The notes below the pieces were generated by a model. It saw only the letters and a list, made by a program, of their open reading frames with translations. It did no database searches and was not told where the DNA came from. DNA of 64,000 bases from Octopus bimaculoides (taxonomy: Eukaryota), in contig NC_068981.1 in the NCBI RefSeq assembly GCF_001194135.2, forward strand, positions 168,183,137-168,247,136, in the 5' to 3' direction. Positions 27,063-39,172 of this stretch are shown here, one piece after another (within the stretch, counting starts at the first letter, position 1; every line of letters begins with the position of its first letter). Position numbers and translations under genes: made by a program.

Positions 27063-29510
27063 ATATATAGGATAAGTAACAGCAGAAGGGGAATGTGTTT
27101 ATCGTTATATATATATTTTTATATATACTTTTAATGTGCAAGTAAATTTTTTAACGAATGTATTCACTTTAAGAAGTATTAAGAATTTTTTAATTTATAC
27201 AGATTCAAATAGCAGAAACAAAAAGAGTGGTATGGGAAGTTAAATGAATATATACATGTGATATAAAATAAAATTAAAACAAAAGGAAATTAGCAGCTGA
27301 CAAAGAAAACACTGAAGTAAATTTGAAAAGAAAAACTATATCTAATAATGAAAAGCTTTAAATATAAATAAATGAGGATACGAGAAAACTTTATATAACT
27401 TACATCGATATGGTAATTGAAAGTGTCACGATATATTTCGACATTATAACATAGTAGATACATAAAAAAATGAAAATTTATACGAAAGTGGACATTTCTT
27501 TAGTTATTATATAAGTAACGATATGTTTATCAAATCAGCTTCTGTTTTCTTTAAATAGAAACATCCACAGCAGGAAGAAAATTGCTACGACACCGTTTCA
27601 GGGGGAGATAACCCAGGATTGCTGAAAGACAACATAACATGTGGTGGATGGTTTTATCGTAAATAGCATTAAAACGTCTTTTACTTAAGTTCATTCATTG
27701 GACTGCTTCTATTCTGAGGTACCACCTTGAATGGTTTAGTCGAACAAATCACCCCCCAGTCCTTATTTTTCTTTTCTCTCAGTCAGGTACTTATTATATT
27801 GACTCCTTTCTGCCGAATTGCTAAGTTACGAGGACGTAAACATACCATTACTGGTTGTCAAGCGGGGTGGAGGAGGATAAACAGAAAAGGGAAAAAAAAA
27901 CAGTATGTCCATATTTGAATCTGAAAAATTGTTTGGAAACATACAGCGCGCTATACAAGTTTGTCCGACCATTGTATTATCACAATATGAAACTAATAAC
28001 TCGCATTTAAATCATGACTGTGTTTATAAGTATATGTGTGTGTGTTTACGACGGGCTTCTTCCAGTTTCCGTCCACTAAATCCACCTGCAAGGCTTTGGT
28101 TGGCCCGTGTCTATTGTAAAAAAAAAAATAAACTTGCCCAAGGTGTCACGCATGAGACTGAACTCGAAATATTGTAGTTTGGAAGCAAACTTCATACCAC
28201 ACAGTCATGCTTGCGCCTATAGGTAATATAAATTCTTCTAACAAAGATTCTTTTTTAACTAATTATTTATTAAACTACATACTACAGAACGCAGTTTACG
28301 AAAGTTACAGTAAGGAAAAAGGGAACAAATAAAATGGCACGCATACTCTCAGTTATATACTCTACCAAAAGATACCAAAGTTTCCCCTCAAATAATTTTT
28401 GAAGTAACCTATAACAAGGCTTTTCCGTAGGTGGTCGGGAGGCTGAAACAGCCAAGTGGTCTCGTGAGCATCAATTGATTCTTCAGTGAAACAGTATTCT
28501 AACGATGACAAAACTTAGTTGTCAGGGTTAGCATCCCTTACGAACATCGCAAATGGCAACAGATAGAAGTATTCACCGACCAATTATTACATTTCAATAT
28601 GTTATTGCGTTCATCTACGGACGCAGTAATTTCCACCTACACCACAGCAGAAAATGATAGTAGAGAAAGAGTCGTTCAATAGTGTCATCCTGTTTGAGGC
28701 TTCTGTCTAAAACTCAATGGTAATGAATATGTCTTAATCATCATACCTGTCCCATTGGTTCCAGAATCGAGGGTAAAGGGCTCGTTTAATTATATATATT
28801 TTTTTTTTTTTTAAACTTTTTTTGGTTCGGATTCATGTTTTCAGCAACGAAGATTATGATTTTGTTTACTAAAGAGAAATAGTGATTCCATATTCCTCTT
28901 TTAAATCTAACTTGTTAGACTTCACTTTTCATATATGTATCCACGTTACATCTCTGTTAATCGTGAAGTGATAGTAAACTTCCAACTAGCTGAGTATCGT
29001 TAATACAATCACTCACAAGCGAGTATGGTTTGGTAACATGTACTATGCTCTTTTGCTTATGTAATGACATTGAAACAGACAATCTCTTGGCTCCCCTCAC
29101 TAATGATTCAGCCGGACATCCAGGATGTGACAGAGAGGAAAGAAGCCAGCATCAGACCCCTAGCTGGTACTTTTTACAGCTAAGACAGAAGAAATGTGAA
29201 ATGAAATGCTCAAGGGTACAATGCACTACTTGGTCCAGAAATTGAACTCATTACATTATGATCATGACCCAAACACCCTAATCACTAAGCCGCATGACAT
29301 CATCACATTTCTTTACATAGTTGTGACTCTTTCTCTTTAGTTCTGGTACTTTCCATTTGCAACCATATTCAATACTTTATAAGAGATGTCCTCAACATTC
29401 TACATAAGAACAGTGTTCATTTTTTGGCTATTGACTCATTAATACAGACCTGACCATATTTCTAATGAAACACATCGTGCTTCAATTAATTTTGAAAATA
29501 GTCAAGAAGT

Positions 29511-30124
29511 GCCCTGCCTGTGACTAACATTGGTGATCTACTCAGTCTGGATGAGCTCCGCATCTCCATTGGACTGAGATATCGCTGTAGTAGGCTCCTC
29601 GACTCCACAGGCCATCGTGGCTTGTCTTGCTGCCTAAATGCTGGTCGTTTCGCTCGTCACACCAACTAATCTTAATCATTAAGCGAGCCCTGGCTCGGGT
29701 TACTATCCCTTCAGTTTAGGAGCCTGCGGAATTATCCAGAAGTGATGGGAAGAGACCAGATGGTGTTACTCTTTGCCCTTGGATAAGAGGTAGGTGCCTC
29801 ATCTGGGATGCCAGTCTGCGACTCTTTTGTCTCCCTCCCACATCCTGGATGCTGCGGTAAATGGTCACTGCTTCCGTAGCCAAACAGCACAAAATCCTTA
29901 AGTATCAGGACGTGTCAGTGAACCGTTTCTTCCAGCCTGTGACGCTTGAGACGTTTAGAAGGGATGAGCCGCTAACAACGAAGTTCTTGTCATCGCTGTC
30001 GGCTTGTCTTACCGAAGTGTCAGGTGATACCTGTGAGAGTGCTTGGCTTCTCCAATGCTTTAGCCTCGCCATTGCTCGTGATAATGGCGAGAACGTGCTG
30101 GCTTGCTTCAGTAGATTCCGTTAA
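29511..30124 (+). mobile_element. CRE-clade non-LTR retrotransposon 3' fragment (zinc knuckle plus restriction-like endonuclease)
   Basis: ALPVTNIGDLL...LRISIGLR; LDSTGHRGLSCCLNAGRFARH; [44 protein letters not shown]; KYQDV...FFQPVTLETF; WLLQCFSLAIARDNGENVLA. One stop and frameshifts. Confidence 0.8.
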
Positions 30125-32200
30125 ACCTTGCATTGACTTTTTTTTTGCTTACTTCTTTCGTCCGCTTTTTCTTCTTTATTTTCTTTCTTCGGTTTGGGAT
30201 TTGTATTTGAATATGATTTTGTATCATATATGTATTATATACATACGAGTTATGTATATATATAACTCGTATGCAGCATCAACGAGTGTCGGACGCTGAC
30301 ACTCGTTGATGCTGCATCGAAGAGGCCAGGGAATAGAAGAAAGAAGACATGCACCCAACGCCAGAGCTGAAGACACCTCCGAAAGGGGGGGGGCCACGTC
30401 AAAACGGTAGAGGAGTAGGGGCCGAAACCGGACGTGGTTCCTCCTGATGATGTCTTGAGCTAACTGGATCCTAATCCACCAAGGGAAGGTATGTCAGAAG
30501 AAAGTAATTCAACAACGCGGGTTGATGAACTGTAAGACGTGTGGCCAGAACCTCCTGGAAAATAACCATAGCGAGGGACATTTCACAGTTGAATTAGAAC
30601 AGTCACAAACAGTGAAAGAAGACATGCACCCNNNNNNNNNNNNNNNNNNNNNNNNNNNNNNNNNNNNNNNNNNNNNNNNNNNNNNNNNNNNNNNNNNNNN
30701 NNNNNNNNNNNNNNNNNNNNNNNNNNNNNNNNNNNNNNNNNNNNNNNNNNNNNNNNNNNNNNNNNNNNNNNNNNNNNNNNNNNNNNNNNNNNNNNNNNNN
30801 NNNNNNNNNNNNNNNNNNNNNNNNNNNNNNNNNNNNNNNNNNNNNNNNNNNNNNNNNNNNNNNNNNNNNNNNNNNNNNNNNNNNNNNNNNNNNNNNNNNN
30901 NNNNNNNNNNNNNNNNNNNNNNNNNNNNNNNTGTCTGTTTTATAGCAGATGTTTGGAACATGAATGAATCAAACTTTAAAAGGAAAAATTAATGAAAGAT
31001 TTTTAACTTTAAATGTTATTATTTTAGAATTGGCAAGTTTGCAAGTTCGAATGAAATGGGTTGAAGGGCATGGTGTAGTTTTATTCATAATATTCATCTT
31101 TTTACCTGCAATGAAATTAGAAGTGTCCAAATATTTCCCAAAGACATTCTATGAGTAAACCAAGGAAATCAAGGCGGAGGTAAAGAATACGTACACCACC
31201 CATACCCGGCGTAACCTTAAACCTTATTCCTAAGTACTGGGGGGCGCGTATACTTTACCTTCGCCGGAAGTCAAATGCCAACAAGAGAGCCTCAATCTGC
31301 TAAATTTTCCTTGACTTTTCAATGGATAATATAATCTTAGATATACGATATTTGAAAAACAAAAGTAGACGAGGTAGTAATATTTGGAATTCCTTTTCAT
31401 CACGGGTCTGTTTCGCTAGAATTACTCTGGGGATAATAACTACAACTAAGGAAGTGTCTAAATAAGATGATTTATAACTCTTTTGAGGAAATGGAAGGCA
31501 GGGCGTTCTGTAATGGCTCTAACGAAAGTAGCTATTTACTTGGGTTATTCAATTTGCTTCAATTGATCAATAAATTGAGTAAACCTGTCAGTAATGTACC
31601 GATAATGACTACTGGAAACAGCTGTAAGCTAAATTTGCTCCAAATTATAACAAGCAGAGTACTGGAGGAATGGCTGAAATTTCGAAATGCTTTATTTGTG
31701 CGTAAATACAATAAATAGTCTGCATCTGTCCCCTTGGAATGAAAGCAGCAATATGTTACAAAAACAAATTGTAAGGCAATGAAATGAAATATAAACATAT
31801 TTGATATGAAAATTAATGAAGAATATATTGAGGCCGATACTACTGAAGTAAAATTTTCTAGTTTAAATCTAAATTTGAAAGATTGCTTTGGAAGTAAATG
31901 GATTGTAGATATTCAACAAAATTCTTCTATTCTTAAATTATGAAATAAGAAATATTAATATCGTTAGTAAGTGTGTGTTTTTTTTTAAAAATCAAATTAT
32001 TCTTTCTACTATAGGCGCATGTGCCTGCAATTTTATGGGAGGCAGCTAGTCGTACATCGATCCCAGCGCTCAACTAGTACTTCTTTTATAATCCCTGAAA
32101 GGGTGAAAGGCAAAATCGGCCTCGGTGGAATTTTTAACCCAGAACGTAAAACATGCTAACAATTTCGCCAGCTAACCACATTCTTAATAATTATTATTTC

Positions 32201-32378
32201 GGTAATTTTTTCAGATTAACACCCGCACGATCTTCACTAGGGGGTTAGGGTTTTAGGGTCAGGGTTTAGGGTTACGGTTAAGGTGTTAGGGTTAGGGAAT
32301 TCCGTCCCTAACCGTAACCCTAACCCTGACCCTAACACCCTAGTGAAGATCGTGCGGGTGTTAATCTGAAAAATTACC
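32201..32378. mobile_element. Merlin-like MITE containing inverted telomeric-type repeats
   Basis: 41-42 bp TIRs starting GGTAA (one indel), exact 8-bp TSD ATTATTTC (32193-200, 32379-86); interior TTAGGG-like array, then CCCTAA-like array. Confidence 0.75.
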
Positions 32379-33849
32379 ATTATTTCTACTGTAGGCACAA
32401 AGCCTGAAAATTTGGAAGAGGGGACTAGTTGATAACATCGATCCTGGAATTTAAACTTAGAACGTGATGCTGGAAAAAATGCCGCTAAGCATTCTGTTCA
32501 ACGCGTTAACAATTCAGCCAACTCGCTGCCTTAATAAATAAATAATCAAATTGGAAGACCAGAGAAGTTGTTCAAACCTTGCCTAAGGGAGCTAACTATC
32601 ATCATTTCCGGTTTACTGATTCGATCAACGCCGGTAAACATTGGATGTTTTGTGCTGACATGTCAACTACTTCGACAGAATATTTTTATAAAATGATTAA
32701 CCTTATTGGCATTTACCAGGTATTTTGAACCACCTAATATCAAATGATACACACAAGGTATATATACCAAATGTTGTTTTTTTAAAATTAATTTTATCGT
32801 GGTGAGTTAATAAGATAATGGATTTAATATTAACTACGACATAGGATTATTGTTGTGGTAGTGTTTATCGTAGATGAAACATATCTTTAATTGCGCTTTT
32901 TCACGCCACGATATTATGAATTCAACTTTAGTGACGACTAAATATTTTATAACTTTAACTTTTTGATCATTTCTGTAATAATAATTATTTATAATTTCTA
33001 TTTTCACTACAAGAACAAACCAAAAAAAAAAAAACCCCAAAAAATTGAAAATTTCTGTGAACAATGATGCATAGAAGTAAGGTTTCATTGATTTATGAAA
33101 ACTGCATAAGAACTAGTGATGTGGATATAGTTTCTACAGATGATAATGACTTGCATTTACTCATGAAAATTCCATAGAAAACATCGAAGTCAAAAATAGG
33201 GGGCGGGGTACAATATATTTCAGTGTAAAAAAATAAAAAGTGGGTAAGAAAATAAAATATGTTACTGATTTTTACGCACAAAAGTAGGGTCATATATATA
33301 TATATATGTATCCGAGATCGAATAATTAAATGAGATAAACTAGAGGCCACACAACCGAATTTGGGGAAAAATTGAGAATAGAATGGAACAACTCCAAAGC
33401 CAGACTGGATTGCTTGTAAAAGAGATTTTTAAAATTAGGTAAATTATTATAAAGCACAAACAAGGTTATATACAGGAAGGGAGTAAAATCGAATGAATTG
33501 TTTTCGTAATCCACACTGGTACTTATGTTTTTGTGAAATACGTAGGGATTTGAATGCAAAACATCAAAAGGCGAATGAAATAGCTTTCAGCAGAGTCCGA
33601 AACTGTGCCTAGTAATTTTCATGTAATTAATAAGGGGATAAATTATTTTTTCTGGGCATGTTTGTTGTATAGGTTATGCAAGTCCTTCGTTGAATTTTTT
33701 TTTTTTGTCCTTTTTTCAAAAATGGTCAGTATTAAATCCAGTTAAAGCGGCGTTCGATAAAAGCACATAATTATAACTGTAATCGAAGTAATTGAGTGGT
33801 AGTAGTCGTTTGAGCATTTCATTCCCTTAACTGGGATAAAATTCAATTA

Positions 33850-35460
33850 AATGTACATTGGGTCACTTGCCTACCGTTGTCATTCTTCTAACGTCTCTGG
33901 AACCTCCAGCGTTCACCTAAAGCACGTAGAGACTGAAGGAATCGTTACTTTCACCAGCATCCATGTCTGCTTGTTCCAGAACGGTCAAATTCGCAGAATC
34001 TGGAAATTGTTTAAGATTATAACAATTCTAAAGACCAACAAAAATTCAAGTGAAGTAGCATTACACTAACTCAACCTAACAGCCTGCTATGCACACCATG
34101 GAAAAATTGTAAAAAGGCTCATCCTTGACAACATTAAATCATACACCTTTCTAAATTACAACTTGGGTTGAGACCACTACGATACTGACAAACTTAACAC
34201 AGAAAAATACATGTCAGATTCAACAACAGAAACCCCCCACCCACATGCATCATCCTAACTACCATCTACATCAATGGTTCTCAACCAGGATTCATGTAAG
34301 GCTTTTGGGGTTCCTTGCAAGCTAAATAGTAAAATGGGGCTCCACAGTGGTATTTTAGGGGTCCATGAAAAAATTTTGCTTCAGATGTATTTATTGCAAG
34401 AAACTGATGGGTTTCATTCCCTAACGTTTTACATATCTCAGCTTAACCTAGTTAATGTGTGAAAAACAAAATAGGAATTTTGAAATAAGTATGTCTAAAA
34501 CTAGTTTTTTAACATCAAATGTCTATGGGGTACACCAGAATAAAATAGTAATCAAAGGGGTCCATTGATAAAAACTGACTGAGAACCACTGATCTACATC
34601 AACCAAGCTTTCCACTCCATTCTCTGGTAGCTGCTCATGTGAAAAATACTCAACACTTGCTTAAACAATATAAAATGCTGGTTAGCAAACTACCTGTCAG
34701 GTTGTCACAAGAACAACCCTGACTAACCCTAAAATTTAGTTTCCAAAATTTGAAATTTCACAAATATGTCCTCTCGCTCACTGTACTCCACCTGTAGTTA
34801 CTCAAGCTTCCTACATCTCTACAGAATATATTGGCAGTTTCTTACTCTGATATCACACTGCTGCAAAAGCATTCTAGTACTGTTTAAATCACCTGGCTCT
34901 GCAACAATAGACTAGAAGTAGCACCTAGAAAATGTAGTGTCTCCTTTCTTATCAGCAAATATCAAATACAACCATGTATCACATTCAACAACATAAACAT
35001 ACCACTCACTCATAGAAGACAAAAATTCTAGCTAGGCGATACAACTCTTCCACAATGTACATAGTAAAGAAAGCAAATTCACACACAAGTATACATAGAA
35101 CAATCACAAGTACCACATCTGAATAGCAGAATAAAACAATTGTAACTGAATATAAATATTATATTGTATCCATCATGGACTTTGTCAGCCGTACATCTGC
35201 CTACAATCTTCCTACAATGAACCACAAAGAACACAAGATACCATACCATACTACGTATCATAGCAGGTTATACTGAGGCCACCTGCATACACAATGAAAC
35301 AAAAATACTAAAAAAAAAAAAAAAAGACATACAAGCTGAATGCAGAATGTGCATAGTTTGTTACCAAAGCAAGCTTTCCATCTCTACAGTTTGTGCCACT
35401 ACATAACCTCCACCTCACAACAATCAAACACATATACAACCCAGAGCACTATACCCTTAA
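33850..35460 (+). mobile_element. Decayed APE-type LINE (Jockey/CR1/I group), interrupted by a hAT MITE
   Basis: GQIRRIWKLFKIITILKTNK (cf. P..WK.A.IIPILKP.K), WLANYLSG-like and VLSP-like RT segments, and AGYTEATCIHNETKIL near the 3' end. Confidence 0.6.
34272..34591. mobile_element. hAT (Buster/Charlie-type) MITE, 320 bp
   Basis: TIRs CAATGGTTCTCAA / TGAGAACCACTG with an exact 8-bp TSD ATCTACAT (34264-71, 34592-99), central TA. Confidence 0.85.
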
Positions 35461-35625
35461 AGCAATATTTTTTGCCTAAACTCTGGAAAGAATAAGGAAC
35501 ACACATGTGCACACAGAAATAGTTGCAACATCAATAGCCATCAGGAGGGGTATAGGAGTTTGTCCAGGTACTGTACTATACACTGTTTTATGCCTATGTT
35601 GTAATGGTTTGGTGGAATATGATAC

Positions 35626-35959
35626 TGTAGTAACGCTGTGCGCATGCGTAGTCTCACACATGCGTGGAATTCAACAACCAAGCATTCCCGCTTCTATTCT
35701 GTCTCTTTCTTGCTGGCCAGCGATTGAGCATGGACATGTTTAGCTGTCTCTCTCCATCTTTCGGACTTACGCTCGACAGCTCGCTTACATCTACATACCA
35801 ACGTCCCAACAACAATGCTCACATACACAGAAGCTGTAACAACAGACAAGAGCTAAAGATGTATATATTTACCACCTGAATAAATGTTGTTTAAGTTGAT
35901 AGTCTGGAGTTCAGCGTTCCGTTATATTCTTAATTTTATATAGGAAAGTCAGGTATACA
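35626..35959 (+). mobile_element. Possible solo LTR
   Basis: TGT...ACA ends, AATAAA at 35879, CpG-rich relative to flanks; no matching TSD found. Confidence 0.3.
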
Positions 35960-37267
35960 TCTAATGATGTATAACCCACTTTCCTATAATACTTTAGCTG
36001 TTAAAGAAAGCAGTGAGCTGTAGCACAGCTACTTAGCTTAGTTTCTGTTACTCTGGGTTTTATGCAATTAAAATCTACTTTAAATTATGTTTAAAACTTT
36101 AGTTATTATTTTTAGTTTTATTGCAATACTTTCTTTCTTCATGTGTATGGTGTTTCTTTTTGCCAGTCATAAACCCATATCAACTGTACTTGCATTGTCA
36201 CTTTGTTAGATAACAGATATGTACTTTGTAATTAACAAACATACACAATCTGTGGATGTGTGTGCACAAACAACAATTGTAATGACAACATAAAAATGAC
36301 AGCAATTTAAAGAATTTTCCTCATAGTTTTTAGTATCGTTTTCCTTGTTAATTATCATTTATAGAATTTCAACTATTCCCTGGATTGAGGTTATTTATAT
36401 TGCATTTCCTTTTCACAGCTCTGAAGAAAATGTGATCATTTGCCTTTAATTATTCAGTGTAAGTTCCTGATCATTTTGAAATAATTATCTTCAGATTTGT
36501 TTTATGTTACATACAGGCAAATAATACTATGCACACACTATTTTATGAAAAAGAATTTCTTTACATTCAAACTTCAAATCTATTTCATTGGTATCTATCT
36601 ATCTGTGTGTGTATGTGTGTAAGTATATGTGTTTGTATGTGTGTGTATATATGTATGTTTGTGTGTATATGTATGTTTGTGTGTGTATGTGTATGTATCT
36701 ACCTACTTGCATGTTGGAATGGAGACAATGTAGGATGAAGAAAACATTCTAGCCTTGTTGGGGGCCAAGCAACCTCTTGAATACAAATTTCATGTTTAAA
36801 AGTCATCCAGTGCAACCTGTAAAGTGATGAACAGAGACAACATTGAGTAGAGAGCACTCATTAGTCTTACTGAAGACAAGACAACCCTTCTAGTTCTGGT
36901 GCTACGATAAAATATACCCAGTGTTCTCGGTAAAATGCTTTACAACAGGAAGAGTGTCCAGTTGTGAGAAGGAAGTCAAAAATGGAATATATGAGTGAGG
37001 TTTGGCCTTTAACTTGTCTAGGAGGGCTTAAATCCAAATAGGAACTGGCCCAGACCATAATGATTCTTCCAACCCATGCCAACATAGGATAGCAGGCATA
37101 AAATGATGATGATGTATATGCATGTACATATACATTCATACAGTTTTTGTTTTATCTTACCCTACTTCCACCACTGTGCACTGTTTTATAGAATATCATG
37201 GTAATCCTTACAAATGATTTCAGGTAAACAATCAGTTATCTGATGCTGTGTATCTGCTACAAGAAGG

Positions 37268-37420
37268 ATGGTCAGCAGTGTAATTAAAGTGTGTCCTAAC
37301 CCTGAAGAATTGTCTGTTGTCCGGGTGAACATTCCATGTCCAGTACACGGCTGCTCAAGCATCTTACCTCATGCAGGCTCTCTACGTATTCACCTTTCAA
37401 AAACCCACAGGATAACAGAG
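37268..37420 (+). CDS. ATMIN: ATMIN/ASCIZ coding exon 1 (Met1-Glu51, zinc finger 1)
   Basis: MVSSVIKVCPNPEELSVVRVNIPCPVHGCSSILPHAGSLRIHLSKTHRITE resembles the ATMIN N-terminus (PSVSELSRAVRTNILCTVRGCGKILPNSPALNMHLVKSHR, from memory). In-frame TGA at 37241 upstream of the ATG; donor GTAAGT at 37421; phase 0. Confidence 0.92.
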
Positions 37421-37461
37421 GTAAGTGAATTACTTTTATCATATTTGGACAGTTTATACAT

Positions 37462-37780
37462 CATCATTTAACATCCGTTGTCTATGCTGGCATGGTTGGA
37501 TGGTTTGACCAGGGCTGGTAAGCTGAGGGGTTGCTCCAGACTCCACTCAGATTTGCCATGGTTTCTATGACTGGATGCCCTTCCTAGCACCAACCACTCA
37601 GAGTGTACTGGCTGCTTTTACATGCCAGTTGCATGATACCAGTATCTGCCAGGACTACGATTTCACTTTGCGTAATGGGTCTTCTTTTCAAGCACAGCAT
37701 ATTGCCAAAGGTCTTGGTCATGTGTCATTGCCTCACTGAGGCCCAGTGCTTGAAAGGTGCTTTTTATATGCCACTGGCAC
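37462..37780 (-). mobile_element. SINE family A copy, diverged, ATMIN intron 1
   Basis: (CAT)n start, then CTGGATGCCCTTCCTAGCACCAACCACTCAGAGTGTA. Confidence 0.75.
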
Positions 37781-37904
37781 TGCTGAACACGCTTCTGACT
37801 AATCATCACTTCAATGTGATGTGTGATCAGTAAGTACTACTAACCAGGCAGCTGGAAGTATACAGGTCAAAATGAAGTATCTTCTGTTTATTTACACATT
37901 ATTG

Positions 37905-38243
37905 CCTTACTGGTACTTTGCCGGTGGCACGTGAAAAGACATTCGAGTGAGGTCGTTGCCAGTGCCGCTGGACTGGCTCCTGTGCAGGTGGCACATAAAA
38001 AACACCATTTGAGCGTAGCCATTGCCAGTACTGCCTGACTGGCCTTCATGCCGGTGGAATGTAAAAGCACCCACTACACTCTCTGAGTGGTTGGCATTAG
38101 GAAGGGTATCCAGCTGTAGAAACTCTGCCAGATCAGACTGGAGCCTGGTGCAGCCATCTGGTTCGCCAGTCCTCAGTTAAATCGTCCAACCCATCCTAGC
38201 ATGGAAAGCGGACGTTAAATGATGATGATGATGATGATGATGA
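37905..38243 (+). mobile_element. SINE family A copy, ATMIN intron 1
   Basis: Full body with (GAT)n tail. Further family A copies lie at about 13822-14150(-), 17545-17870(-), 22285-22470(+), 24385-24597(+), 40210-40325(+), 48934-49310(-) and 53972-54132(-). Confidence 0.85.
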
Positions 38244-39172
38244 TATATATATATATATATACTCATATATATATATATGTCTGTCTAAAAACCAGTGTTG
38301 TGTCATGTCTCCTTATGTCTTATAATCTTGCAGTTAGACAAACAGGATTCAATAAAATAGCTGTTAGGCTGAAATAGATTGGATTGGTTATATGAGTCAC
38401 TAAAAACTCCTGGAAGCTTTGCCCCAGCATGAGCACAATTCAGTGACTGAAACTAGCAAATGAGTACAAGAGATTATGTCTGTGAGCAGCACAAGCTTGC
38501 ACGCATGTGTCAATCTTGGCAAAATGTTACTCTTTGTCAGTAAAACATTGATTTGCATTCAGATAGAGTTAATGCTGTGTAAGTGTATATGTAGGTGTAT
38601 AGATATACAGTTAAAGGCTTTGCGTATTATCAGTAATGTTACATAATCACATATAGTATAAATATAATCATCATCATCATTATGCAAGTACATCTAACAG
38701 CATAGTTCATAATGATTGAATGGAAGTTCTTGTGTTGTTGAGATCTTTTGGCAATGTGTATGTGGTCAGCTTGATTTTTCATTTCAGTAATGTTGACAGC
38801 TTCCAAATCCTGTTTCCTGACTGGGTCACCACACAGGTGGACAGTTGAAATAAATAAATAGAAAAAATTCTTTTACTTTTATAAAAAAGATTTTAAAAAG
38901 TATGGACGGCCCTGCATATGAAAAACTATGTCCCTTTACGTCCATTTATGTGGGAGCTCTGGGCAAAATGTTGTGGTTCATGACCATCCTTGGAACATAA
39001 TTGATGTGTATGTAAATTTTGGAGAAAATTGGTTGAGAATTGAGGAAATGTATGTGTTAACCATTATACACACACATACTGTGATTTATATATACTAGAT
39101 CAGTATGGTATTAGATTTTTGTTTACATTTCTGGATGAATCATAAAGGAAGGCAATGTTAATTTCTCTTCAG

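Noticed and set aside
30367-30450. Functional hammerhead ribozyme
   Set aside because: CUGANGA and GAAA words are present, but the stem II closing pair is C-C and stems I and III cannot both be formed around a valid NUH site in this copy.
32240-32340. Ancestral telomere-telomere fusion site
   Set aside because: The arrays are short and enclosed by TIRs and an exact 8-bp TSD, so transposition explains them better.
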